NCBI RefSeq assembly: GCF_018977255.1 | Contig: NW_024704744.1 | Coordinates: forward strand, 21,824,001 to 21,888,000 | DNA from: Callorhinchus milii | Lineage: Eukaryota | Reading direction: 5' to 3' | DNA: 64,000 nt | Part shown: positions 1-10,268 of the stretch, piece by piece | How the letters are laid out: each line of letters begins with the position of its first letter | Numbering within the stretch: position 1 is the first letter of the stretch | Made by a program: the position numbers and the translations under genes | The notes under the pieces: generated by a model | Told to the model about the DNA's origin: nothing | What the model saw: only the letters and a program-made list of their open reading frames with translations | The model's database searches: none

Positions 1-44
1 GCAGCCCTGCCAACCAAGCCACTTCTTCACTTAGCGAGCACTGT

Positions 45-290
45 TCTATTTCATGTGCCCCACCCTACCTACTCCAGGATTCACAGGCAAGGTTTTAACC
101 AATCCTTCCCCACTCTCTGGAACTCTCTGGAATTCTGTGTCACTCCCTTCTCCACTTTCAAAGACCTCCTTAAGATCACCTCTTTGACTGCTTTCAGTCA
201 TCATTCCCCTCTTATCCTCCCCTTCTCTTCTGTTTGCCCCCACCCACCACCCCCACCGGCTGAGGTGCCCAGCAAGTTTTGTGAAGCACA
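45..290 (+). mobile_element. Decayed L2 LINE 3' fragment
   Basis: CTCTGGAACTCTCT...TTCAAAGACCTCCTTAAGATCACCTCTTTGAC resembles the LWNS...FK..LKT.LFD end of the L2 at 4043-5134. Confidence 0.6.
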
Positions 291-357
291 AAAAAATCAT
301 GTTTCATAACAGGTTTGATGTGACACAGCCAAATGTGCCAAAATATGTTAACCCGTA

Positions 358-593
358 GTAGAATTTTTTCACTCAGAATTGTTGAGATGTGGAATGCCCT
401 GCAAAGTAAGGTGGTAGAGGCAGTGTCCATCATGATTTTCAAAAGTGCAGTAGACAACTATATGAAGAATAGAGGCTTGAAGAGAAATGAGGATAGGGCA
501 GGGCAGAGGGATTGAATGAACTTACTCTTAAAGGCATTGCAGACTCGATGTGCCGAATGGCCTCCTTCTGTGATTCAAGTTTCTATCAATCTA
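358..593 (+). mobile_element. CR1 LINE 3' fragment
   Basis: ORF 333..515 carries the CR1 RT C-terminal motifs (FSLRIVEMWNAL, FKSAVDNYM), followed by the 3' UTR motif GCCGAATGGCCTCCTTCTGTG. Confidence 0.85.
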
Positions 594-657
594 TAAAATG
601 CCTTGGCAACTAATTGGTGCAATGGGTTACCATAGATGTGTTTCTCTTCCAAGAACT

Positions 658-814
658 GGAGTCCCGTAGGTCAGTGGTTGGAGCACTCGCCTCGCAAGCG
701 AGAGACCTTGTTCAATTCCTGGCAAGGCAAAACCTTGGGCAAGTTTCCTTACACCACACACCTAATAATAATCCCTCAAGAAAAAAACACAATAATAAAT
801 TGGTCACTTCAATC
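658..814 (+). mobile_element. 5' half of a tRNA-Ala-derived SINE, split by a CR1 insertion
   Basis: Matches the 5' part of the intact SINEs at 19618, 42884 and 56571 up to ...GGTCACTTCAATC. Confidence 0.9.
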
Positions 815-1792
815 ATAGAATCATAGAATTGTACAGCACAAAAAGAGGCCATTCGGCCTATCGAGTCTGTGCCGGCTCTTTGAAAAGAGCAATGTAATGT
901 CAATTCCACTTCCTAGCCCCTTTCCCCATAACCCTGCAAACCCATCCTCCTCAAATACCCATCCACCATGTTTTTAAAAGTTGTTATCGAATCGGCCTCC
1001 ACCACCCTTTCAGGCAATGCGTTCCAGATTCGAACAACTCGTTGCGTGAAAACATTTCTTCTCACCTCCCCTCTGCTTCTTTCAGAAACTATTTTAAATC
1101 TGTGACCTCGAGTCACCAACACACCCACCAGTGGAAACAGTTTTTCCCTTTCTAACCTATCAAATCCCCTCATGATTTTGAAAATCCCTATTAGGTCTCT
1201 TCGTAACCTCCTCTGCTCCAATGAGAATAATCCCAGCCTCACTAACCTTTCTTCATAATCAAGATCCCTCATTCCTGGTACCATCCTTGTAAATCTCCAC
1301 TGCATCCTTTCCAATGCCTTAACATCCTTCCTATAGTGTGGTGCACAGAACTGGGCGCAGTATTCTAACTGAGGCCTAACCAGTGTTTTATATAGGTTAA
1401 TCATAACCTCCTGACTCTTGTACTCTATGCCCCTATTTATAAAGCCTAGTATCCCATATGCCCTTTTTAAAGCTTTATCTATCTGTCCTGCCACCTTCAA
1501 GGAATTCATTTACCTGAACCCCCAGGACTCTCTGTTCCTTCACCCCCCTTAAGATTGTATTACCAGGCTATATTGCCTCCCCTCATTCTTTCTTCCAAAA
1601 TGCAATACCTCGTATTTCTCCACATTGAAACTCATCTGCCATGTGTCTGCCCATTTTACCATTCTGTCTATGTCTTCCTGCAGTTGGCTGCTATCCTTCT
1701 CACTGTTTTCCACCCTACCTAACTTTGTGTCGTCCGCAACCTTGGAAACGGTACTTGCTATACCCAAGTCCAGATCATTTATGTACATTAAT
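815..1792 (-). mobile_element. 5'-truncated CR1 LINE (RT domain C-terminal half and 3' tail)
   Basis: ORFs 1549..1842 (SKVADDTKLG) and 913..1509 (LYKTLVRPQLEYC...WNALP) are joined by a frameshift; the (ATTCTATG)n tail appears as CATAGAATCATAGAAT on the + strand. Confidence 0.95.
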
Positions 1793-1950
1793 ACTGTTTG
1801 TGGGACACTGCTGTGTGCAATTGGCTGCTGCGTTTCGCCCATAAATATACAGTCAATTCACTTTACAGTATATTCTGTGAAGTGCTTTGAGACATCTATA
1901 AGACGTGAAAAGCGCTTTATGAAATGTAACGCTGTTGCATTATACTATTA
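1793..1950 (+). mobile_element. 3' half of the SINE split by the CR1
   Basis: Resumes at ACTGTTTGTGGGACACTGCTGTGTGCAATTGGCTGC and ends in the L2-like stem-loop tail. Confidence 0.9.
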
Positions 1951-2099
1951 TATATATAAATGGGTTTGAATTCTCGCCCAGACTGACCCTATGTTTCAAG
2001 TTTGTGCATAAATGCAGTGTAGTGCGTGCATTGCCTAAACATTCCAGTTTCTATTAGCTGAAAAATTTAGGGTGAAGCATAAGTACATTTCCTGTCAGT

Positions 2100-3420
2100 T
2101 GTGTGTGCTGTAGAATAACCTCCCAGTTGTTAGTGTGCGAAGCCAGAGAAATATTCTTTCAGTTTCATGAAGTTGAGAGCAGATGGCTAGTTAATCAAAT
2201 GATCGAATAACCTTTGTACCTGGATTTTTTTAAAATCAGGATTTCTGATCACATCTTGCACTGAATACAAGATGTGGTGAAATTGCATTCATGTTGCATT
2301 CACCTGGCATTATTTAGTGCTCAGCAAGCAGTTAGAAAATGTGCACAATTAAAACCATTTGTCATTTTTACAGTTATAATTGAGGGTACAATTGTTGTAT
2401 GATTAATAATCCCTACAACAGTAGTCATGAATATTTATCAATGGATTGGGTGGCTTGAAAGAAATAATGTGTGTGTCTGTGGATGATTGCACAACTTTGA
2501 AGATTTAACTACAGACATGTTTTTGCAATTCATTAAAGCATAATAATTGGCAAACGTACAAGCCGTCGGTGCTAGGAGGCAAACAGTTTAAACTGAAATG
2601 TATTTTGCAGATACAAATAGGTTTTGGAAATCATATAACACGGTGCTTGTCATCGATTGTGGCTGTGATCAACAGATGTGCTTTTTTTTGTTAAACTTTA
2701 GTCGGATCAAAAGTTTCCAGAGCATGAAACTTATGTTTAATGGCCAGCACACCTGACCTTTTCGGAAGAGCCCTTAACCCGACAAAAGCTGCTTGGCTGG
2801 AGCAGCAGAAAAGGGCCTCCTGGTATAACACACATCATTATGTAAATGGATGTACAAGAACAATTTGAATGAGTTGAACAATTTCAAGACTTTTTTATGC
2901 AAACAAAATATTTTGCTTCTGCTCCTGGCGTTTGTCTCTTATTGATGAAAGCCAGACATGCCATGATTTTCTACTGTTGGATTTAAGTGGAACGCTGCTG
3001 TTTCATTCCGCACCGCCTTTGCATGGAGTTCAGCCTGCATGCCATTTACAATTCATTACAGACACGCTGACAAGTCTTTTCTGACATGTTAATATTTGAG
3101 CAGGCTTTATCTGCCTCAAACATTTTGCGAGCAGTTTCCATCAGCCTTTACTGTCACATATTCCTGTGACCATTGTATAAAAAAGTAACACTCATATTAG
3201 GAAGTAAAACTAACTTTACAATGCTTTGCTTCACATGGTATTTGAATCTAGATGAATCTAAATGTGTCGCCTGGTAGAGAAGTAGCCATTACTGACAACT
3301 TTTATAGCATTTACAATAAATATTTCTTTCGGGCAATAATAAATGCAAAAAAAGTGTTAATCCAGCAAAGGATTTACAGCAATGTGGGAACTATTTTAAC
3401 ATGAGGTGTAGTGGAATGCT
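2100..3420. promoter_or_regulatory. Candidate conserved non-coding element cluster
   Basis: About 1.3 kb with no recognisable repeat or ORF, rich in TAAT/ATTA, TGACA and CATTTAC motifs. Conservation was not tested. Confidence 0.4.
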
Positions 3421-3454
3421 TTTAAAGTGAACCAGTGTGTTAACCCATTTCACA

Positions 3455-3662
3455 TATGCTATGGCAGCTCACTGGCGCAAGACACTAACACATAAGTGTT
3501 TTCCCTGCCAGGAACTGGGTTTGAATTCCAGCCCAGAGGAGTGAGGTAAAATGCTTCTCTGTATGACAGTTCTAAAGGAACTGGGTGAAATAAATTTGTG
3601 AAGTCTCAATCCAATCCCTAGTAAGTGTGGTTTCAAGCACAAAACTACTCATAGTTTGGAGA
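3455..3662 (+). mobile_element. LF-SINE-like relic (5' part)
   Basis: GGTTTGAATTCCAGCCCAG (B box) followed by GTGAAATAAATTTGTGAAGTCTCAATCCAATCCCTAGT...CACAAAAC, colinear with the LF-SINE consensus as I recall it. Confidence 0.6.
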
Positions 3663-3694
3663 TATAAAAAGCACTTCATCATTATATAAAAAAT

Positions 3695-4042
3695 AAAGGA
3701 ATATGAGGAGACTATTCAGCCCATCAAGTCTGTTCCACAAGTTCACAAGATTGGTTTGGTTGAAAAAAGCCCTTCAGCCAATCTGATCTCAACCCTCTAG
3801 AACACCAATCCTCCTATCACAGCACCAAACTGCTTTTTAATCAAACCATTCCTCGCCTCAACCATCCTTTCTGGCAATTTTTCAAGTCATTATTAACAAT
3901 CTGGATAAAGAAACACTTCCTGGTCTCTGTCCTGAATTAGGTTTTCACAACTCTAAAGCTATGGCCTCTTGCTCCATGTCTTAGTGCATTCTAAAGTATT
4001 GATCTGGGTTTATTTTTTCGATCCCATTTAAAATTTTATATA
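3695..4042 (-). mobile_element. Old CR1 3' segment, left of the L2 insertion
   Basis: The reverse complement gives CR1 C-terminal RT and 3' UTR motifs (YKILNG, RGHS, CFFIQIVN, LPERMVEA). Confidence 0.7.
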
Positions 4043-5134
4043 CTTGGTGACATCATCCGCAGACATGGAGTTAACGTCCACATGTATGCGGATGACACCC
4101 AACTCTACCTTTCCTCCTCTACTCTCAACTCCACGACCACCGATGTCCTGACAGCCTGCCTGTCCGACATCGAGTCCTGGACGAGAGACAACTTTCTTCA
4201 GCTCAACGTGTGAAAAACCGAGGCCCTCCTGATTGGCTCACGTCAGCGCCTCCGCACCTCAGGCGCTGACACCATCAGCATCCAAGGCTGCACTCTCCAC
4301 CTCTCAAAGCCAGTCAGGAACCTCGGCGTTTTGTTCGACCCTGAGCCGTCCTTTCTCCCTCACATCCGCACCACAACTGGCACTGCCTTCCATCACCTCC
4401 GGAACATCGCCAGACTACAGCACTACCTCACCCCTCACGCTGCTGAAACCCTGGTCCACGCCTTTGTCACCTCAAGGCTGGACTACGGGAACTCTCTCCT
4501 CGCCGGCCTTCCCGCCACCTCCCTCCACAAGCTGCAGGTCATTCAGAACTCTGCAGCTCGTGTACTGTCCCGCACCAGGCTTCGGGACCACATCACTCCC
4601 ACCCTCGCCCGCCTCCACTGGCTCCCCATCCCCCAGAGGATTGATTTCAAGATCCTCATCCTCACCTACAAGGCCATTCACGGCCTTGCTCCCTCCTACC
4701 TCTCCAACCTACTATCCCCCTACCTACCTGCCCGTACCCTCCGTTCCTCCGGCTCCGGTCTGCTCCACGTCCCCCGCCCCAATCGCCCTACCATCGGTGG
4801 TCGGGCCTTCAGCCTCTCAGCCCCTAGGCTCTGGAACTCTATCCCCCAGTGCCTTCGCCTTGCTTCCTCCCTCTCCTCCTTCAAGGCCGGTCTCAAAACC
4901 TTTCTCTTTGACCGAGCCTTCAGCTCCCCTCTCGACTCTCTTCCCCCTCCTCGCTCCCTCCCTCCCCTCCCCTCACCCTGACCATTTCCCCCCTCCTCGC
5001 TCCCTCCCTTCCCTCCCCTCACCCTGACCATTTCCCCCCTGTTCGGGTCATGACCCAACTGTGCAGCGCCTTGGGACGTCCTCCTGACGTGAAAGGCGCT
5101 TTATAAATGGAATCTTGTTGTTGTTGTTGTTGTT
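4043..5134 (+). mobile_element. Young 5'-truncated L2 LINE
   Basis: Begins [22 protein letters not shown]; in-frame TGA at about 4211; ORF 4331..4981 (LVHAFVTSRLDYGNSLL, LHWLP); 3' stem-loop and (TTG)n tail. Confidence 0.95.
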
Positions 5135-5330
5135 ATCCCCTCTGAGACATCTTCTCTCAAGACTGAAGAGCCCTGGCTTGTCTAATCGTTGTTCACTGCT
5201 CATTCCTCCAACACCGGGGATCATCCTTGTTGCTTTCCTCTTTACTGCCTTGAGGGCTTGGGCAGTCCCTTATGCCAGAGACCAGAACTATGTGTAATAC
5301 TCTTGGTGTGACCTGACCAGAGTTTTTTGT
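5135..5330 (-). mobile_element. Continuation of the old CR1, right of the L2 insertion
   Basis: The reverse complement reads GLFSLERRCLRGD, which joins YKILNG on the other side of the L2. Confidence 0.7.
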
Positions 5331-5604
5331 TACATCCGCATAATACACAGTAATATGAATTATTATTATTATTATTGAATCATGACAGGTCTTATTTAAA
5401 TTTCTCTGCCTTTTCTTCATACTCCTTAACAACCTTACTTCCCAAAATGACCTTTACTGTATTACCAAATAAAGCACTCTCCCCATCTGAGTAATTTTAA
5501 ATTATTTATTTTTTGATTTGGAACATATTTCTAAATCCAATGCTAAATGTTTTGCTTCTGAATGTTATCTATGTTCTGAATGTTATGCTAAATATTATTC
5601 ATCT

Positions 5605-5742
5605 TGTGGATAAAGGGATTAAGGGATATTGGGATAAGGTGGGTAGGTGGAGTTAGAATAGATCAGCCATGATCTTATTGAATGGCAGGCCAGGTTCAAG
5701 GGTCCGAATGGCCGACTCCTGCTCCTAATTCTTATGTTCTTA
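5605..5742 (+). mobile_element. CR1 3' end
   Basis: GATCAGCCATGATCTTATTGAATGGC...GAATGGCCGACTCCTGCTCCTAATTCTTATGTTCTTA. Confidence 0.85.
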
Positions 5743-5892
5743 AGATTGGGGTTAAACTTCAGCAGAAATCTATGAGCATCAGAAAATCTATCAAGTGATA
5801 TTTTGCAGCCCTTATGATGCAGATCTCTCTTCAAGACTGAAATTCCACCTAGTCTTAACCTGAAAAATTATTTTGTTTTAAAGGTTTACAAT

Positions 5893-5993
5893 TGTGCAGA
5901 ATTGTGGATCATTTTGATTCAGTCTTAATTTGGGAAGCTAATTAAAAAGCAGCAGAAAATTAAATTAAGGAGTGAATTTAAGAATTTTCTGCA
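5893..5993. repeat. Palindromic MITE-like element, copy 1
   Basis: GCAGAATTGTGG...ATTCAGTCTTAATTTGG is shared with 48331-48458 and 49386-49502. Confidence 0.55.
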
Positions 5994-6649
5994 TTCCGGA
6001 CCTGGATAATGCAGTGGTGGACGTTTGTATTCCAATATCACAAACATATGTTGGTGATGGTGTAAAGGTATAGTGTGTTGTGCACGATCAAAGGTTCAAG
6101 AACTTATTAAAAAGTGAACTTGTTTATTTGCTGCAGTGGCTCAAGAATTCAAATCCGATTTCCATTGATTGTAACAAAGTGAAATACAGTATAAGCTGAG
6201 GCAACCTGGGACATAGTTAAAATTGGTCTGTTCACTGCACTATCCCGGACCTGCAACATGAGAGTTGCCATTAATATTTTATTACATTGCACCTTGTCAA
6301 CAGTTGAAGCACATAATTATTTTTCTTAGCAGTGTTCTCCTCAAGTGAATTGAAGGAAGGGTTGTATTTTAACTGTTTTTGTCTGTTTTCTTTCTCATAA
6401 ATGATACTGGATATTATTTTACTTGGAAAAGTTTTGAAACTCTTATCCAAATTGTGAGGTACGGAAAGGTTAAACTACCACAGGAGAAATTTCAGAGTAA
6501 ACAGTGGACATTTTGTCAAGACTTTTCTTTGTCTGAATTTTTAAGTTTTTATTAAGTTTATTTATTTCCACTCTCAGTTGAGTAAAATTGAGTAAAAAGA
6601 ACTCACATTTTTATACCACATTGAAACAATTTAAATATAGTCACAGATT

Positions 6650-6960
6650 TTGCAGGCAAATATATAACCATATTGGGATAGCAAGTTTCAATAAACAGCC
6701 GTTAAGTGAATATTCAAATAATCTGTAGGATTATCAACCAGGACACAGCCATGGGTTCATGGGTTCTATAGAGTCATGGGATCTTCAAAATCTACTGCAA
6801 CAGGCAAACAAAATCTCGACTTAATGTCTCATCCAAAGAGTAGCACCTCTAACCATGGAAGCGCACCCCCAGTATTGTGCAAGTGTAAACTATAACATCA
6901 ACTCTCAGTATAGAGCCGGAACTCAAAACATCTAATTCTGAGTCAAGAATGTCACAAAAA
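6650..6960 (-). mobile_element. Degenerate Deu-domain SINE
   Basis: CCATGGGATCTT...TTAATGTCTCATCCAAAGAGTAGCACCTC is the reverse complement of the Deu core. Confidence 0.6.
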
Positions 6961-7070
6961 CGATTAAAAAAACGATTTGATAATAAGCCTGCAATGTTTC
7001 AAACATATTTTTCCATCCTGTATTCATATTTTAAAGATACCATTGCATGATTTACAGTGATTATTCACTA

Positions 7071-7448
7071 ATAACAATAATCCTGGCATTTCAAGAGGAC
7101 ATCTCAAAGTGCTTCACAGGATTTACTGTGTAGTGACTGTATATTTTGTAGGTGAACATGGTAGTTAATTTGCACATAGCAATATCTCATAAGCAACCAT
7201 GAATTGAATGGCCAGGACATCAGGAGAAAGTCTCTTCACTTTTCATATGAGATCTTTAATATTCACCTAAACAAGCAAATGGGAGCTTGGCTTAACATCT
7301 TATTCAAAGGACAGCATCTCCAACACTGCAGCTCTTCCCCAACACTGTACTGTATTTGAGTGCCAACCTAGACTGTGAGCACAAAATCCTGAAGTGGGTC
7401 TTGAACCCGCAATCATCTGACTCAGAGGCGAGATAGCTCCCAAATGAC
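7071..7448 (-). mobile_element. Old full-length Deu-domain SINE
   Basis: tRNA-like head at 7390-7448, Deu core and L2-like tail at 7071-7120, all on the minus strand. Confidence 0.8.
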
Positions 7449-7481
7449 GTTGTTGATAAATCATTATCAAGTTCATGTTGA

Positions 7482-7576
7482 TTGTTTAATGATTGAACTG
7501 TGCACTAGAATATACAGAAAGAAGTTACATTATCAAGACAGCACATAATCTACTGTTTTTTTCTCATCTTTCTACA
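7482..7576 (+). repeat. Direct repeat copy A (~95 bp; copy B at 8484-8577)
   Basis: TTGTTTA.TGA.T.AACTGTGCACT.GAATATACAGAAA...TTTTTCTCATCTTTCT occurs twice. Confidence 0.85.
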
Positions 7577-8483
7577 CAGGAACCCTGGCTGCTGGGAGTT
7601 CGGCAGTGCCCCCTGGCTTGAAGTACAGGACTGTTGTGCACCTGCTGTGGCTGTTCATGGCCTCTCAGAATACCCCCAGCACTCACAAACAGCTGGGCTG
7701 GCGTGGCACATGAGCTGGCGTGACGCTTGGGCTGGTGTATGGGAACGGTGGAACAAAGTCATCAGGGCCTGGGATTGTGGCGTGAGGAGAACAGGAGCGA
7801 GGCCAACAACAACAACAAAATTACATTTGTATAACATCTGTCATGTCGGGAGGACGTCCCAAGGTGCTGAACAATCAGTGTTTCAAGCCCAAGCTGGGGG
7901 AAGCCAACAAGCAGGGTTTGCATGATCAAGCCTGGATATTATGAATACGTGTATGAGGGTCTCGGCAGCCTACGGTGTGAGACAGTGTCGGAGCCAGGCG
8001 ATGTTGTGGAGGTGGGGGAATGGGGGAAGACAGAGCAGGTCATGGTATGGATGTGGGGTAGAAAGGATAGTTGAGGGTCAAACAAGACAGCAAATTTCCA
8101 GACTGGCTCAGTGAGGTGGAGTGTGCATCCTTGGATGGTGATGCTGTCAGTGCCTGAGGTGTGGACAATACGTGGGACTTGGCGCAGCTCGTGCCCCAGA
8201 AACTTCTTGTCTCTCTTAAAATCTTTACCCGCCCCCCCAAAAAGGACCCCTTAGAGCCACAAACACCCAGATATCATCCCCACATCAACCCACAGACAAC
8301 CCACTATCATACTTCCTTGCTGCTTCCCATATGCTGACGTACATTCCTCTCCCTCTGCTGTCAATTCATCATCACAACAGCTTCTGACCAGTGGCAGAGG
8401 TAATGGGGCGAGGGGGGGGCTTAACAGTGCAGAAAATAGGGGTTTTGAGCACACCCCACTATAAAATTATTTCAGCACCACTG
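7577..8483. mobile_element. Possible hAT-like non-autonomous DNA element containing an L2 fragment
   Basis: The left end (CAGG...GCAGTGCCCCCTGGCTTGAAGT) and right end (CACCCCACTATAAAATTATTTCAGCACCACTG) resemble hAT MITE termini as I recall them. The TIR match is poor. Confidence 0.35.
7805..8180 (-). mobile_element. L2 fragment with internal deletion
   Basis: (CAA)n tail and stem-loop at 7805-7870 are joined directly to RT sequence homologous to about 4250-4510. Confidence 0.85.
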
Positions 8484-8577
8484 TTGTTTATTGACTAAAC
8501 TGTGCACTCGAATATACAGAAAAAAGGTACAGCGGCAGGACAATGCTTAATTCCTTTTTTTTTCTCATCTTTCTGCA
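8484..8577 (+). repeat. Direct repeat copy B
   Basis: Colinear with 7482-7576. Confidence 0.85.
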
Positions 8578-9654
8578 GAACCACAAATTATATATGAAAG
8601 AAGCCCATTAGATTAAATTAGTCAGAGTGCATGCTCCGTGGTCTTTTAAAGATGAGGAATAAAATTCACCCCGACCTCTGGGAATGTTTCTCTTTCAAAA
8701 TTGCAGTGAGATAAAAGGGAATGGTTATCATTCACCAGGTGCCTCTGTTTGCCTCCTTCTGCATCGATGCTTCACCCGCCAGGAAGAAATTATTCCTTTG
8801 GTGAATTAATAATTGAACCCACAACCAACTCATCTGAGATTAGAAACAGTTGAAAATCAACCAGACTTGTCTTAATATTTGCTCTTCATCATTGTCACAA
8901 ATCATCTATTTATGTCAATGTGTATGGGCCAGCAACTGTTTTCCATAATCCTTCTTTAATACTTAAGTATAGATACTGTTTGGTCAAGGTTCCTGTGTGC
9001 TCTTTTCACCTGAGTGTACACTGTGCTCCACAAACAGAAGACCGAGCATTAACAGCCTCACTGTGTGTCCGACCACTCAGGTTTGGTTTACTCAGACTGT
9101 AGCCCCCATTTCCCAGTAAGCAGGAGTCATACCGGTCATACAAGAAGCACTGAGATCAAAGTGCCGGGCAAGGTTTCACTGAGAGGTTACCATGAGACCA
9201 GCTATATACATATGTGAGGGAGCAGTGAGGATCCCTGTGTAAACTCACTGCTTTTAAACTCCTATCAGATTGATCAGCCTTATCACTCACAGGGCTCCAG
9301 GGTAAAATGAAGGTTTCCCTTCAAAATACCCTTCTCTTCCCATTCTTAGACCCATCAATCAAACATTTACCAGAAACAATCAGCTCCGTGGTCAGGCAAA
9401 TCAAGGTTCACTCATTGTTTAGCTCAATCTGGAAGAGGGTCAATTTTACGTTATTTCTTAAAATTGAATTTCTTGACTAGAAAAAATGATTTCTTAATTG
9501 AGAAATGCAAATGGCAACTCATTCTGGTAAATGGAATTACATCACATACATCTCTGTCCTGTACAAGAGCTCCGAGACGCTCCCTTAATGAAGGTGCTAT
9601 ATAAATGAAAGTTGTGGTTGTTGTTGTCTTGAGAAAACCCTGCCCTGAAATATA

Positions 9655-9959
9655 TTGAGGTTTTTTTTGATCACCCAGATGTCCATACATGTACAAACCC
9701 ATCAGTTTGCTTGAGATAATCCAAACCATACAGAAAGTTCCACGTATTTAGGCCACCTACAAAAAATTCCCTGTGTCTAGCATGAAATGCACAATATCTC
9801 CCCTGTTTATCTAATTCCATAGAATATTAAGCACAGGTTGCTGTCAGCCAAAGTGTGTGATGGGGTACTGGAGTTTGACCAGCTAAACTGTATAGCTTGC
9901 CATTGAGAGCACTGTCTGGCAAGCTTCTCACTCCTTGTCCAGCTAGGACCACCCTACCC
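9655..9959. mobile_element. Unclassified long-inverted-repeat element X, left part (host of the CR1)
   Basis: Colinear with 28915-29237 and ends at ...CTTGTCCAGCTAGGACCACCCTACCC. Confidence 0.7.
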
Positions 9960-10268
9960 GCAGAGTGGCAGAAAGCCCAGCAGCGTGAGGAGGGACCTGA
10001 GTGAGGTGGAACAGAGTGAGATTACTGTTAAGGAATTTGGTGAGAGTGGGAATTCTTCAACAAGCGAAATACCAGAAACCAAGAGAGAACTCTTCCATTT
10101 ACCAGAAGAGTGGGAAATCTTTCTTTCTTCTCTTCAAGGGGAAGAATTGAGAGAGCCTCACTTGAACAGAGAGTGAGAATTCTATTCAGGAATCTGGTGA
10201 GAGTGGGAAAGAGGTGCATAATTATAAAATATGTTATATTAAAATAATATAAAATATATTATGTGAAT

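Noticed and set aside
4233-5027. 264 aa Ser/Pro-rich ORF (and 46491..47333)
   Set aside because: These are alternate or frameshifted frames of C-rich L2 sequence that is poor in stop codons.
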